Positions 29,302-38,629 of a stretch of DNA of 64,000 bases are shown here, in pieces. Origin of the DNA: an uncultured Clostridia bacterium (lineage in GTDB: Bacteria > Bacillota > Clostridia > TANB77 > CAG-508). The stretch lies in NCBI GenBank assembly GCA_934157035.1, contig CAKPHG010000003.1:8489-72488 (forward strand), written 5' to 3'. Position numbers and translations under genes: made by a program. The notes under the pieces were generated by a model. It made no database searches. It was not told the DNA's origin and was given only the letters and a program-made list of their open reading frames with translations. Position 1 is the stretch's first letter. Every line of letters starts with the position of its first letter.

Positions 29302-30831
29302 TTACACAGCAATCGGTATAAACAATTGCTCCCCTATATTTATTTTATTTTCATCTTCTATTTGATTTATCATTACTATATTATCTATTGTACTATTAAA
29401 CTTCTTAGCTATATTCCATAATGTATCTCCTTTTTTTACGAAGTATATAACTAAGCTATATCTAGGAGTATCTCTTTTTTCATCTACAGATATTTCTTCA
29501 ATTACATTTATCTCTTTATTATCTGACATATTAATTGTAAAATCCAAATTTACTTTTACATCTATGCTTTCATCTGGCATTACTGTAAAGTCCTGAGTTG
29601 TTACTTCCACATTTGTTTCTACCTCAGAATTAGAATTTACATTATTACAATCTACATTATATGAAAATGGTAATATTATATCCTTTTGATTTACATTGTT
29701 TGAATCATTAGAAGAATATATAAATCTTGCTTCTACTTCTCCTTCATATACTATACGTCCTCTTAGTACTGTTTGTTTTATAATTGTAGGTTTTAATTCA
29801 ACATCATAAATTCTATTATTTCCTATTTCTTGTATATATTCCTTTTCATTTAAAGTATATGTTTCTTTCATAATTTCTTTTTGTGACATCGCTCTTATTT
29901 GTTTTTGTTTATATTCCAAATTTACACTTGGACTATATAAATCTTGAATTACATTTATAGTTCTGGTTTCGTAAACATTGCATGTTACCTCTAATTCTGC
30001 TTCTACATAAATTGAATGTTCCTCAACACTATTAGGCTTAATAATAAAGTTCTTAATTTGATAATTTACATCACATACATTTTCGTCTGTTACATCTGGC
30101 AAGTCTATAAATCCCATTATAGGAATTAATTGATTTACTGAATTTATTCTTCCATCATCCGTTAAATAAACTATTTTTACAAAACTATCAGCTTTTACTA
30201 ATACTTTATTGTAGCTTACTTTTATTTCTTTGTTTATTATATTTATATCTGCTTTCATTATATCAGATAAGTTGTCTATACTATCTATTATTATTGTATC
30301 TTTCGCAAATATTTTTGTTAAACCTGAACCTAATAAAGAATTTACTGTTAAATTTTCATTTAATAATTGTACATCTTTTAAATCGTCTACCTGTTTTACA
30401 AACTCTACTTCTTCATTCGAAGTTACTTTTAAATCCATTTCTATTATTGCTTTTATATTTACTTTTCTTCCGTTTAAAACTCTACATTCTACTGATTTTA
30501 AATTAACTTTATCCTCTAAAATCATTCCTTCTCTTACATTTTCAAAATCTACAGTTTTTGAAAATTCTAAAGTTGTATTTAGACCTCTTACTGCCATATT
30601 TTCATCATCTGCTAAATACATTATATATGTATTTATACAACCGTCCAATTTTATTTTACCGTCCATTACTTCTTTTTTATAAATGCATACTGTTCCATTT
30701 GTATGAATTGTATTTAATATATCCGGCTTTATATCAGGAACTACAAAATCTTCTTCAACCATAGCTGTTTCTGTTTTTTTACCTATTACTTGATTAATGC
30801 ATAGTTTTTCTTTACTCGTTGTGACTTGCAT
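29302..30831 (-). CDS. DUF3794-type repeat protein with C-terminal LysM domain (SipL-like spore coat morphogenetic protein)
   Basis: C-terminal LysM YFVKKGDTLWNIAKKFNSTIDNIVMINQI...GEQLFIP. About 509 aa. Context upstream of veg and yabG, as for clostridial sipL. Start moved to the ATG (MQVTTSK) with RBS AGGAGG. Confidence 0.6.
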   Translation of the reverse strand: MQVTTSKEKLCINQVIGKKTETAMVEEDFVVPDIKPDILNTIHTNGTVCIYKKEVMDGKIKLDGCINTYIMYLADDENMAVRGLNTTLEFSKTVDFENVREGMILEDKVNLKSVECRVLNGRKVNIKAIIEMDLKVTSNEEVEFVKQVDDLKDVQLLNENLTVNSLLGSGLTKIFAKDTIIIDSIDNLSDIMKADINIINKEIKVSYNKVLVKADSFVKIVYLTDDGRINSVNQLIPIMGFIDLPDVTDENVCDVNYQIKNFIIKPNSVEEHSIYVEAELEVTCNVYETRTINVIQDLYSPSVNLEYKQKQIRAMSQKEIMKETYTLNEKEYIQEIGNNRIYDVELKPTIIKQTVLRGRIVYEGEVEARFIYSSNDSNNVNQKDIILPFSYNVDCNNVNSNSEVETNVEVTTQDFTVMPDESIDVKVNLDFTINMSDNKEINVIEEISVDEKRDTPRYSLVIYFVKKGDTLWNIAKKFNSTIDNIVMINQIEDENKINIGEQLFIPIAV

Positions 30832-30951
30832 AACAATATACCTCCTAATTTTTTTATTATTTAATGTATATTGCTTGGTCACAAAAAAAATTCCTATATT
30901 TAGGAATTTTTTATTTTTATATTCTTTTTTTGCTTTTGTTTTCATTTTTAC

Positions 30952-31233
30952 CTATGCTTTTACATTAATAGCTGGAGGAACTAATGGTGAATAATTTTCT
31001 CCATCAAATACATCTACTTCCACTGTTCTTGTTAAAACATCAGTATAACTATAGGTAACATTTCTTTCGTTTTCTTCATATTTAACTACAAAGATATTTG
31101 GATAAGCCTTTTCTATTGTAGCTTCTTTTTCAAAAGATTTACTTCTACCTAAAGAACCTTTAACAATAATTTTTTGTCCTATCATTTCTCCAATATCAGT
31201 TTTTAGACTTGCTATATCACTTTTACAAATCAT
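30952..31233 (-). CDS. veg: Veg family protein
   Basis: DIASLKTDIGEMIGQKIIVKGSLGRSK...YPNIFVVKY...VTYSYTDVLTRTVEV parallels B. subtilis Veg. Start moved to the ATG after RBS AGGTGG. Confidence 0.8.
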   Translation of the reverse strand: MICKSDIASLKTDIGEMIGQKIIVKGSLGRSKSFEKEATIEKAYPNIFVVKYEENERNVTYSYTDVLTRTVEVDVFDGENYSPLVPPAINVKA

Positions 31234-31389
31234 GTTTACCACCTACTTCTTTAAGATGAGCTCATTCTATCATAAAAGGCATAATTTGTCAAAAATAAAA
31301 CATTACTGTCGTTTAATCTTTTATAGTGTTTTCAATGGTCTTAGCATTTTATTACAATTATATTACATTCTTATTTCAAATATATTACA

Positions 31390-32254
31390 TTACTGTGTTT
31401 TTACTATTTTTTTGCCCATAGTACCTATTCCGCTTACTCCTTCTTCTCCATCTCTTAATTCATCCTTTATATCTTGTATTGTTAAATATTTTGTATTTTC
31501 TGTTGTTGCTATTCTTTCTGCTATAATTAATGGATCTATAAAATCTATCATTATTCTCCCTGGTGAGGACGCAAAATTTGCACCTTCAGACATTATTGCT
31601 TCATAATAACTTTGACATGCACCAGCAAATATTGCTAAATCTCTTCCTTTTTTACTCCATCTTCTTGCCTCTCTTACTGCATTTATAAAATGTCTTGAAT
31701 TACGATAATTATAAATATCATTAAAGCCTGTATTTTTTTTTATCATTCCATCATGTCCTGTTAAAACTAGTATATCTGGCTTATATTTTTCCAAAAGACT
31801 TGGTATAAATTGTGCCTGTCTATTTTCCGGAATATTTTTTACAATAGCATTTAGTCCCAAACTTTTATAATATCTTATTGATTTTTCACTATATTTTTTA
31901 TCTCCATCTAAGTGCAAAATTTTTCCTGTATATATTACTAAATTACTTCTTTTTTCACTTTTAAAGTTAAACAACTTTTTTGTATTATTAGCACAATTTT
32001 TTGGATTTGATAGACAACTTTTTATGCGATTCATCATCTTTTCGTCTAAGCTTTTAACTCTTGCATCTACTACTCTCTTGTCCATTATTTCTAAATCTTC
32101 TTCTGGACTATCTGCCTCTATTCTTTCTGTTATTCCGCTTTAATATATATATTTTCTTATTTTTACTTGTCTTTATTATTTCTGATATTTGAAATAGTAC
32201 ATCTTTTCCATATGAAATTCTTCCTACTATATCACCTTTTCTTAATTTTTCCAC
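31390..32254 (-). CDS. yabG: sporulation-specific protease YabG; frame broken at in-frame CGG 32137..32135 (standard pipelines: frameshifted pseudogene)
   Basis: GTG 32254 (RBS GAGGTGG) gives MEKLRKGDIVGRISYGKDVLFQISEIIKTSKNKKIYILK, then CGG and a stop 9 codons later. Skipping the C reads GITERIEADSPEEDLEIMDKR..., in frame with track ORF 31390..32085 (LVLTGHDG, FAGACQS). Both parts match YabG. Confidence 0.8.
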
Positions 32255-32372
32255 AATACCACCTCGTATTTTTTATCTAATATATGATATGTCGATTTTT
32301 GTCTAAATGTGAATTATATTGTGTCTTGTTTAATATTTATTAGTAGATTTTTTATATTTCTTTTAATAAAAA

Positions 32373-32410
32373 AATAGAGTTAATATCCTAATTTGAATAT
32401 TAACTCTATT
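32373..32410. terminator. strong terminator immediately after the spoIIID stop codon
   Basis: aatagagttaatat-cctaatttga-atattaactctatt, with T-runs on both sides. Confidence 0.7.
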
Positions 32411-32412
32411 TT

Positions 32413-32574
32413 TTATCCCACTTTATTTTCCTTCAGATGGTCATATTTTAATTTTGTTGCCATACCTCCTCTTATGTGTCTTTCTGCCTTATTTTCATCT
32501 AATATTACTCTTACCTGTGCAGCAAGTACAGGGTTTATCTTTAAAATTCGCTCACTTAAATCTTTGTGTACTGT
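32413..32574 (-). pseudogene. spoIIID: spoIIID 3' segment (C-terminal 52 codons plus stop), separated from its 5' segment by a 10.3-kb element
   Basis: The minus frame reads (T)VHKDLSERILKINPVLAAQVRVILDENKAERHIRGGMATKLKYDHLKENKVG-stop. Compare B. subtilis SpoIIID ...STVHKDLTERL...RHLRGGEATKLKY. It has no start or RBS of its own. Confidence 0.8.
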
Positions 32575-34186
32575 TGTTACTTTTCAGAGCGGTAGAATTT
32601 TCTTTATTTTTTTTATTTTCTTTTTCTTCGACACTTTGGTAAATGTCTTCAAATTTTGTTATTACTGGCTCATTTGTTCCTATTTCATTTAATAGTTTTA
32701 GTCTTACTTCTACATTTGAATCTGAATCAACTTCAATTACATCTATAATTGTTTTTAACATTGCATTTGTTATTGTTTGATTATTTAATATGTCATCTAC
32801 TGTTTTTATTGTTTTATTAAGTTCTTTTTCTAGTACATCTTTTTCTTTTATTTCTGATGTAATTAGTTTTAGTTCTCTTTCCAGTCTTGCAATATCTTCA
32901 TTTAGTGGATTTGTATATTTTTTTAATTCTTGTATATTGATTATTTCATTTTGAAACATTTCCATGTATTTTTGTTTTTTAACTGTTACTTTTTCAATTT
33001 CTTTTAAAAGACTTTCTTCACTTCTTTCATTGTTTTCTCTTAATTTTGTAATCTTTTCAAATTCTTTTTCAACAGCTTTCATAAAATCTTTTTTATTTTT
33101 TATTATACTTTGTAAATAGATTTTTATTGCATTTAAAAGTTCTTCTTCATCAATAACAGTTGTATTTGGACAATGGTTTACTCCCATTGAATTTCTTCCA
33201 CTACATACCCATCTTATATATTCTGGTCCATCAGCTGTATATTTTCTCTTTATTCTTCTAAATGAATAACCACAATGTTTGCAATATATAAGTGTACTAA
33301 ATACATATTCTGTTTTTTCTCTTTTGTTATTTAATTTAAATTCGTTTGATCTTTGCTCTAAAAGTTCTTGTGCTCTGTTAAATAGTTCGTCTGATATTAT
33401 TCTCATTTCTGGTCTTTCAACAACTATCCATTCTTCTTCTGGCAATTCTTTTCTCGTTCCTGTTATAAAGTCTGTTACTTCTGATTTTTTATTTGTTACT
33501 CTTCCTGTATATATTGGATTTTTAAGCATTCTTACAATAGATGTTTGTACCCATTTTGATTTGGTTTTCTTTGTTCTTATTCCTCTATCATTTAAATTCC
33601 ATGCTATTTTGGTTGTTCCAATTCCTTTATATACATAGCTTTCAAATATTTCTTTTACAATTTTTGCTTCTTCTTCATTTATTTTTAAAGTATATCTTTC
33701 ATCTGGAATTTTGTCATATCCAAATACTAGGTTAGGCACTCTTCCTTTTTTAGCTGTGATGTCTTTTCCAAATTTAACTCTTTTAGACATGTTTGCACTT
33801 TCTTGCTGTGCCATTGCTCCTAAAATTGTTAGTATAAATTCAGAGCCACCTTCCATTACTTCACCATTGTTTAAGAAATCAACTTGTACGCCATAAGATT
33901 TTAGCTCTCTTACACTTTGTAATAAATCTACTGTATTTCTTGCAAAACGGCTTACATCTTTTACTACTACTTTATCAAATTTTTTTGCTTTGGCATCTAT
34001 CATCATTTGTTGGAATTGTTTTCTGTGTTTTATTTGCTTTCCTGATATTCCTTCATCTGCATATAGCTTGTACAATTCATAGCCGTTCTTTTTTGTAAAT
34101 TCATTAAAAAATTCTATTTGCTTTTCTAATGAGTCTATTTGTGCTTCTTTTTCAGTTGATACCCTACAATATGCTGCAATTTTCAT
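32552..34186 (-). CDS. large serine recombinase
   Basis: N-terminal resolvase domain MKIAAYCRVSTEKEAQIDSLEKQ with the catalytic Ser. Recombinase and zinc-ribbon region (CKHCGYSF...WVCSG...HCPN) and a coiled-coil C-terminus; 544 aa. The last 7 codons cross the att core into spoIIID sequence. Confidence 0.9.
   Translation of the reverse strand: MKIAAYCRVSTEKEAQIDSLEKQIEFFNEFTKKNGYELYKLYADEGISGKQIKHRKQFQQMMIDAKAKKFDKVVVKDVSRFARNTVDLLQSVRELKSYGVQVDFLNNGEVMEGGSEFILTILGAMAQQESANMSKRVKFGKDITAKKGRVPNLVFGYDKIPDERYTLKINEEEAKIVKEIFESYVYKGIGTTKIAWNLNDRGIRTKKTKSKWVQTSIVRMLKNPIYTGRVTNKKSEVTDFITGTRKELPEEEWIVVERPEMRIISDELFNRAQELLEQRSNEFKLNNKREKTEYVFSTLIYCKHCGYSFRRIKRKYTADGPEYIRWVCSGRNSMGVNHCPNTTVIDEEELLNAIKIYLQSIIKNKKDFMKAVEKEFEKITKLRENNERSEESLLKEIEKVTVKKQKYMEMFQNEIINIQELKKYTNPLNEDIARLERELKLITSEIKEKDVLEKELNKTIKTVDDILNNQTITNAMLKTIIDVIEVDSDSNVEVRLKLLNEIGTNEPVITKFEDIYQSVEEKENKKNKENSTALKSNNSTQRFK
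32560..32574. repeat. att core copy (junction next to recombinase)
   Basis: Plus strand ATCTTTGTGTACTGT, identical to 42824..42838. Confidence 0.75.
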
Positions 34187-34323
34187 AACATCACTACTTT
34201 CTTTTTACTTTTCAGTCACTTCATTTTCGTTCTGTTACATTTTAGCATATCAGTTTCAAAAAAGCAATAAAAAGTACAAAAAAAACCACTCCTGCATTTA
34301 GGAATAGTTTCTTTAATATTTTT

Positions 34324-34352
34324 CAGTGCCAATTTGAGTGCCATTGGCACTG
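34324..34352. terminator. hairpin between the ToxN-like gene and the recombinase gene
   Basis: cagtgccaat-ttgagtgcc-attggcactg. The T-run is on the plus-strand side only, so its function on the minus-strand transcript is uncertain. Confidence 0.35.
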
Positions 34353-34354
34353 TT

Positions 34355-34840
34355 TTATACTTTTTTATTTTCTAATAATATATTTTTCATTTCAATAATA
34401 TCGTAGAAAGGAATATTAGTACCACCTTCAGCAAGTCTAACTACTCTTAAAGATGTTCTAATAATTTCATCTTTTACTACAGTTGGAATTTCAACATCTT
34501 TATTAGAATTTGTATATTTTTCTTCTATGTATTTTTCTGTAGTTGGAAATATGTTTTGTATTAAAAATACAGCTTTTTTACCTAATACATTTCCAAAAAC
34601 AAAGTTATATACTGGTCTATTTCCACTTTTTAATTTCTTATTATCATAAATTTTCTTGTACTTTTCATATTTAGTAGATATTGGAACAAACCATATAATC
34701 TCTTTATTTTTTCTATCTCTAAAACAAAAATAACATGGTCTTTTTGTTCCTCCATCTTTATTCTCCATTAATCCATAATCTTTAAATACATCAAAAAATT
34801 CATCTTTTATAAAATAAAATTTTCCATCTTCTATTACCAT
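34355..34840 (-). CDS. type III toxin-antitoxin system toxin, ToxN/AbiQ family endoribonuclease
   Basis: 161 aa. FYFIKDEFFDVFKD...KRPCYFCFRDRKNKEIIWFVPISTKYEKY parallels the AbiQ/ToxN N-terminal pattern. It is preceded by a promoter, tandem repeats and a terminator, the canonical type III layout. Confidence 0.65.
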   Translation of the reverse strand: MVIEDGKFYFIKDEFFDVFKDYGLMENKDGGTKRPCYFCFRDRKNKEIIWFVPISTKYEKYKKIYDNKKLKSGNRPVYNFVFGNVLGKKAVFLIQNIFPTTEKYIEEKYTNSNKDVEIPTVVKDEIIRTSLRVVRLAEGGTNIPFYDIIEMKNILLENKKV

Positions 34841-34870
34841 TTATGCTACATCTCCTCTTTATGAAAATAT

Positions 34871-34892
34871 GGGATCTATGTTTATAGACCCC
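34871..34892 (-). terminator. attenuating hairpin between antitoxin repeats and toxin gene
   Basis: Minus sense GGGGUCUAU-AAAC-AUAGAUCCC, then AUAUUUUC. Lies between the repeats and the toxin RBS AGAGGAG. Confidence 0.5.
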
Positions 34893-34910
34893 ACATTTTA
34901 CTATAATTAA

Positions 34911-35011
34911 CATTTTTTCACCTGCACATTTGTATCTCGCAAGCAGGGTTGCGGTTCACATTTTTTCACCTATCCATTTAATTCGCAAATAGGGTTGCGA
35001 CTCACATTTTT
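34911..35011 (-). ncRNA. ToxI-like antitoxin RNA: two tandem repeats (48 and 46 nt) plus a 7-nt partial repeat
   Basis: Plus strand CATTTTTTCACCTGCACATTTGTATCTCGCAAGCAGGGTTGCGGTTCA, then CATTTTTTCACCTATCCATTTAATTCGCAAATAGGGTTGCGACTCA, then CATTTTT. No ORF. Lies directly upstream of the ToxN-like gene. Confidence 0.6.
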
Positions 35012-35050
35012 AATTATAGCAGATATTAAATATCTACTACTATTATATTC

Positions 35051-35079
35051 ATTATACAAACTTTTTATTAAAATATCAA
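35051..35079 (-). promoter_or_regulatory. sigma-A type promoter of the type III TA locus
   Basis: Minus sense TTGATA - 17 nt - TATAAT, about 35 nt upstream of the first repeat. Confidence 0.6.
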
Positions 35080-35115
35080 GACTTTTTGCAAAATTTTTTC
35101 AAAGAATTTTTGTCA

Positions 35116-35319
35116 TCATAATTCTAGTTCATCTTCTATTTCGTGAGAATTTTGATAAGCATTTGAATTACTATAATTAAATTTTATCTTTTCATCATTC
35201 TCAGCCAAATTATAAGCAAGAACTCCAGCCATAGCTTGTACAATTTGTTCTTCAGTATTAGGATTAATAAATGTAATATTCAAACTCTTTTTCAAAATTC
35301 TCACCTTCTTCCATTTCAA
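35116..35319 (-). CDS. small hypothetical protein (candidate accessory or directionality factor)
   Basis: 67-aa ORF with uncertain start (TTG codons near GAAGGTGAG). No family recognised. Confidence 0.35.
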   Translation of the reverse strand: MKWKKVRILKKSLNITFINPNTEEQIVQAMAGVLAYNLAENDEKIKFNYSNSNAYQNSHEIEDELEL

Positions 35320-35648
35320 TACTATTATTAAAGTTTTAAAAATATTACTTTTATTTTAAAACTACAAGTGGTATATACCCATATGAGATTTGCCCTCATT
35401 TCACCTTTAGTGAACCGCCCCTTTACATCACGTTAGCCAGACGGAAGTATCATTATATGTCTTGCAGTTTGCTATTCAATTTTCAATGTGCTATAATAGA
35501 AAACAGATATTTAAAATTACTATTTTCTATTTTGTAAATTCATTGTACTCGCCTAAAAATAGCTTGTAAAGAGATTTTACAAAGTCTATAGATAAATTAA
35601 AAATTGAAATATCTATATTCTATTTTTATAAATGGAGGAAACGCTTAT

Positions 35649-36933
35649 ATGATAAGTAATTTTGCAATTAAAAATAATAAAATTATCCTAAAGAACACTC
35701 GGAGAATATTTTGGTGCTTTAGGAAATTTTGAATATAATATTGGCGATAAATTATACGAATTTGCAACAATGAATTATGAAGATTTTGATAAATTAAAAG
35801 TAATGTACACTCAACTAATAGAACTTGTATGTAGAGGTAAGGAAGCTGATACAGAAGATGAAAATATGGATTGTTTTTTTAAGATGTTTCAAATTGTTAG
35901 AGCTTGTTTAGAATTTTCTCCATATACTCATTTCTATACACAAGTTTTGATAGATTTGATAGTTAAAACCTATAATTTTAAAACATATAGAACAGATTTA
36001 TTATTTAAATCTCAAATTGGTGTTTTTATTGAAAATTCAAAATATTCTCCAAAAGAACTTTATGAACAAATAGAAGAAAATCAGTATACTATTGAACTTA
36101 TTTTTTATGAATGGGCTAAGAAAATTGATAAAATTTCAGATAAAAAACATAAAGAATATGTAGAATACTTTGAAACAATAAGAGATTTACTTATAAATAA
36201 CTTTATAGAAAAGAAGGCTGATTTAAAAGAAAGATTAGAATTAATTAGCAATTACTCTAATAATTCTTTAGTTAGAAGCTTAAGTGTTCCAGAAAAATTG
36301 TACTTATATGAATCAAAAAGAGTATTTGACATTCATTATCTTAATACTAACCCAGCACACGCATTATTTTTAGATACAAAATTTAAAACAAAATATATAG
36401 CAGATACTGAATTATCTTTTGAAGAAAGAAGATTAGATGTTGATAAAATAGTAGAAATTATGAAAGAAAAGAATATTGTTGCAGAAGAAGTATATGAAAT
36501 TAAAACTGCAGAAGATCAAATTAGATTTGAGTTATTTAAAGTTATTCAAAACAACTTTGTTATAAATAAATGCGAAAATTGTGGAAGATTATTTATACCC
36601 TCCACCACTAGTAACAATCCTTATCAAAAAGGAAGAAGTGACCAGAAATATTGTAATAACTTATATTTAAATACTGGTAAAACTTGTAAAGAAATTGGTG
36701 CTTTAAATAAACAAAAAGAAAAAGTTGAAAATAGTTCCATTTTACAAGAATATAATCGAGAATATAAAAGGATGCATGGTTTACACTATAAACACACAAA
36801 AGAATTTAAAGAAAAACAATTTAAAGAATGGTCCAAAAAAGCTAGAAAATTAAGAGATAGTTATAATGATGAGCAACTAGAAGATTTTAAAATTGAATTA
36901 AAAAATTTGAGTGATTTATACTGGCAAAAATAG
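35649..36933 (+). CDS. hypothetical protein with C-terminal Cys-cluster; N-terminal 17 codons joined through in-frame CGG 35700 by a +1 shift
   Basis: ATG 35649 after GGAGGAA gives MISNFAIKNNKIILKNT, then CGG and a stop 8 codons later. Skipping the C reads GEYFGALGNFEYNIGDKLYEFATMNYEDF..., in frame with track ORF 35770..36933, whose ATG has no RBS. C-terminus has CENCGRLF...YCNN...CKE. Confidence 0.55.
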
Positions 36934-36978
36934 AAGACAGCAGATAAGTTCTAATAGAACCTACCTGCTGTTTAGCAG

Positions 36979-38610
36979 TTATTTAGATAACAATATCAAT
37001 TTTGACTGTACACAATCTTCGCCAGAAAAGCACACAATTTTTTTCTTTTGAGGATTCAAAATAATAGATAAAAAGTTTCCATACTGTTTTATAAAATCTT
37101 TGTGATTATTAACATCATGAATACTAAATCTAAAATCTGTTTCCTGTGGATGACTATGTGCAAATCCAATAAATTCAACATTTCCAAATGAATCCTGATA
37201 GATCAAATCTGACTTTGGTATATTTTCATTTATGATTGATACTTCGTCCATAATCTGACCGATACAGAAATCATCCATCGTTGCCATATTACCAGCTCGA
37301 TTATATAAAATAGCTGGAACAAGATATTTAACTAAAGAAATGTTGCCAAGATTGTTTCCTACTAAAGCTACTTGTTGTTCATACAAGTTACTAGGATGAC
37401 ATTCTCCATAATGGAAAAAGCCAAATAAATCCTTTGTAGCTTGTGGAGTAAATATAACTGTTTTGGGTGCTTCGAAAGTTGATGGCTTGACTGTAAGATG
37501 TTGCATTGTTCCGTTTTTTAGAACTAACGATGCAATTATATCATCATACGAAACATCAGCAGTTTCTGCCAATTCCACCTTTTCTGTAAAAAACTTTTTG
37601 TAACAAAACTGTGGTGTATTGGTTTCAAAGTCAAAGGTATGAAAACTATCACCTTTGCAGTAATTCCAATGCTCACATTCTTCACATTGCTTAGCTTTTG
37701 TTCTATTAGGATTTCTGTAAAATTCAAATTTATTTTTCCAAACTTCACAAAAGTCATCCTTTAAAACATTGCCTTGTATCAACTCTTTTCTTCTTGGAAT
37801 GTTAGGACATCCAAAAATATCACCATTTGAAAGAACTGATGCAACATGAATTCCAGTGTAGCAAGTAAATTTTTTACCTGTTGGGTCTAAAGTGTTTTCA
37901 GTATTGCCAAAATAATGAGTACAGCTCCATACCACAGGAAGTGGAGAAGTTGAATGCTTTTTAATAAAATCAAAGAGAAAGAAATAATCCTCTTGATCAA
38001 GCATTAAATTTTCATTGTCTTGAGCTCTACCAATAGGGTCAATACCACTAATTCTAAGTGAGTCAATTTCTAGCATACTCAATAAGCGATAAACTTCTGG
38101 TAATTCAGAGATATTGTTTTTAGTTGCAATGAAAGTAACTTGAATGTGTTCAACAAAATCACTCTTTTTAATTTTTTCAATTGCAGAGACAATTCTATCA
38201 AAAGAACCCGGTACATGTCTAAATTCTTCATGAGTTTTTTTCATTCCGTCAAGACTAATTGTAATTGTAGACATATGAGTCTCTTTCATTTTACTAATAA
38301 CATCATCTGTTATTAACATACCATTAGTTACTAATCCCCATTTGAATCCAAGCTTGTCTGCGTAGGCTGTGATTTCAAACAAATCTTTTCTCATAAGGGG
38401 TTCGCCACCTGTGATATTTAGCATAATAGCTTTTGTTCCAAAGTTTTTAGCTACATCATCAAGTACTTTTTTGAAAATTTCAGGAGATAATTCATCCTTT
38501 TTACTAGCCGTGCACCTGCTACCACAATGGTCGCAGAGTGCATTACATCGGCTAGTTACTTCAAAAAAGAGAGTATGCAATGGATATTTGCCATTTGAGT
38601 AATTGTCCAT
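36979..38610 (-). CDS. radical SAM / SPASM-like / JAB(MPN) metallopeptidase fusion protein
   Basis: CNALCDHC (CX3CX2C) and NITGGEPLM near the N-terminus. Cys-rich middle (CYTG...GCPN, CEECEHWNYC, FCY). C-terminal GEC...GFAHSHPQETDFRFSIHD fits the JAMM E/HxH/S..D pattern. RBS AAAGGAGAG. Confidence 0.7.
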   Translation of the reverse strand: MDNYSNGKYPLHTLFFEVTSRCNALCDHCGSRCTASKKDELSPEIFKKVLDDVAKNFGTKAIMLNITGGEPLMRKDLFEITAYADKLGFKWGLVTNGMLITDDVISKMKETHMSTITISLDGMKKTHEEFRHVPGSFDRIVSAIEKIKKSDFVEHIQVTFIATKNNISELPEVYRLLSMLEIDSLRISGIDPIGRAQDNENLMLDQEDYFFLFDFIKKHSTSPLPVVWSCTHYFGNTENTLDPTGKKFTCYTGIHVASVLSNGDIFGCPNIPRRKELIQGNVLKDDFCEVWKNKFEFYRNPNRTKAKQCEECEHWNYCKGDSFHTFDFETNTPQFCYKKFFTEKVELAETADVSYDDIIASLVLKNGTMQHLTVKPSTFEAPKTVIFTPQATKDLFGFFHYGECHPSNLYEQQVALVGNNLGNISLVKYLVPAILYNRAGNMATMDDFCIGQIMDEVSIINENIPKSDLIYQDSFGNVEFIGFAHSHPQETDFRFSIHDVNNHKDFIKQYGNFLSIILNPQKKKIVCFSGEDCVQSKLILLSK

Positions 38611-38629
38611 ATGCTCTCCTTTCGGTTAA

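Noticed and set aside
32393-32692. Plus-strand ORFs 32393..32692 and 32454..32642 spanning the att region.
   Set aside because: They are antisense to the spoIIID 3' segment and the recombinase C-terminus. They have no RBS and low-complexity composition.
34911-35011. Tandem repeats considered as a mini CRISPR array or plasmid iterons.
   Set aside because: There are only about 2.1 directly abutting copies with no spacers, and no cas genes are present. The position between a promoter and a ToxN-like gene, with an intervening terminator, fits type III antitoxin RNA much better.
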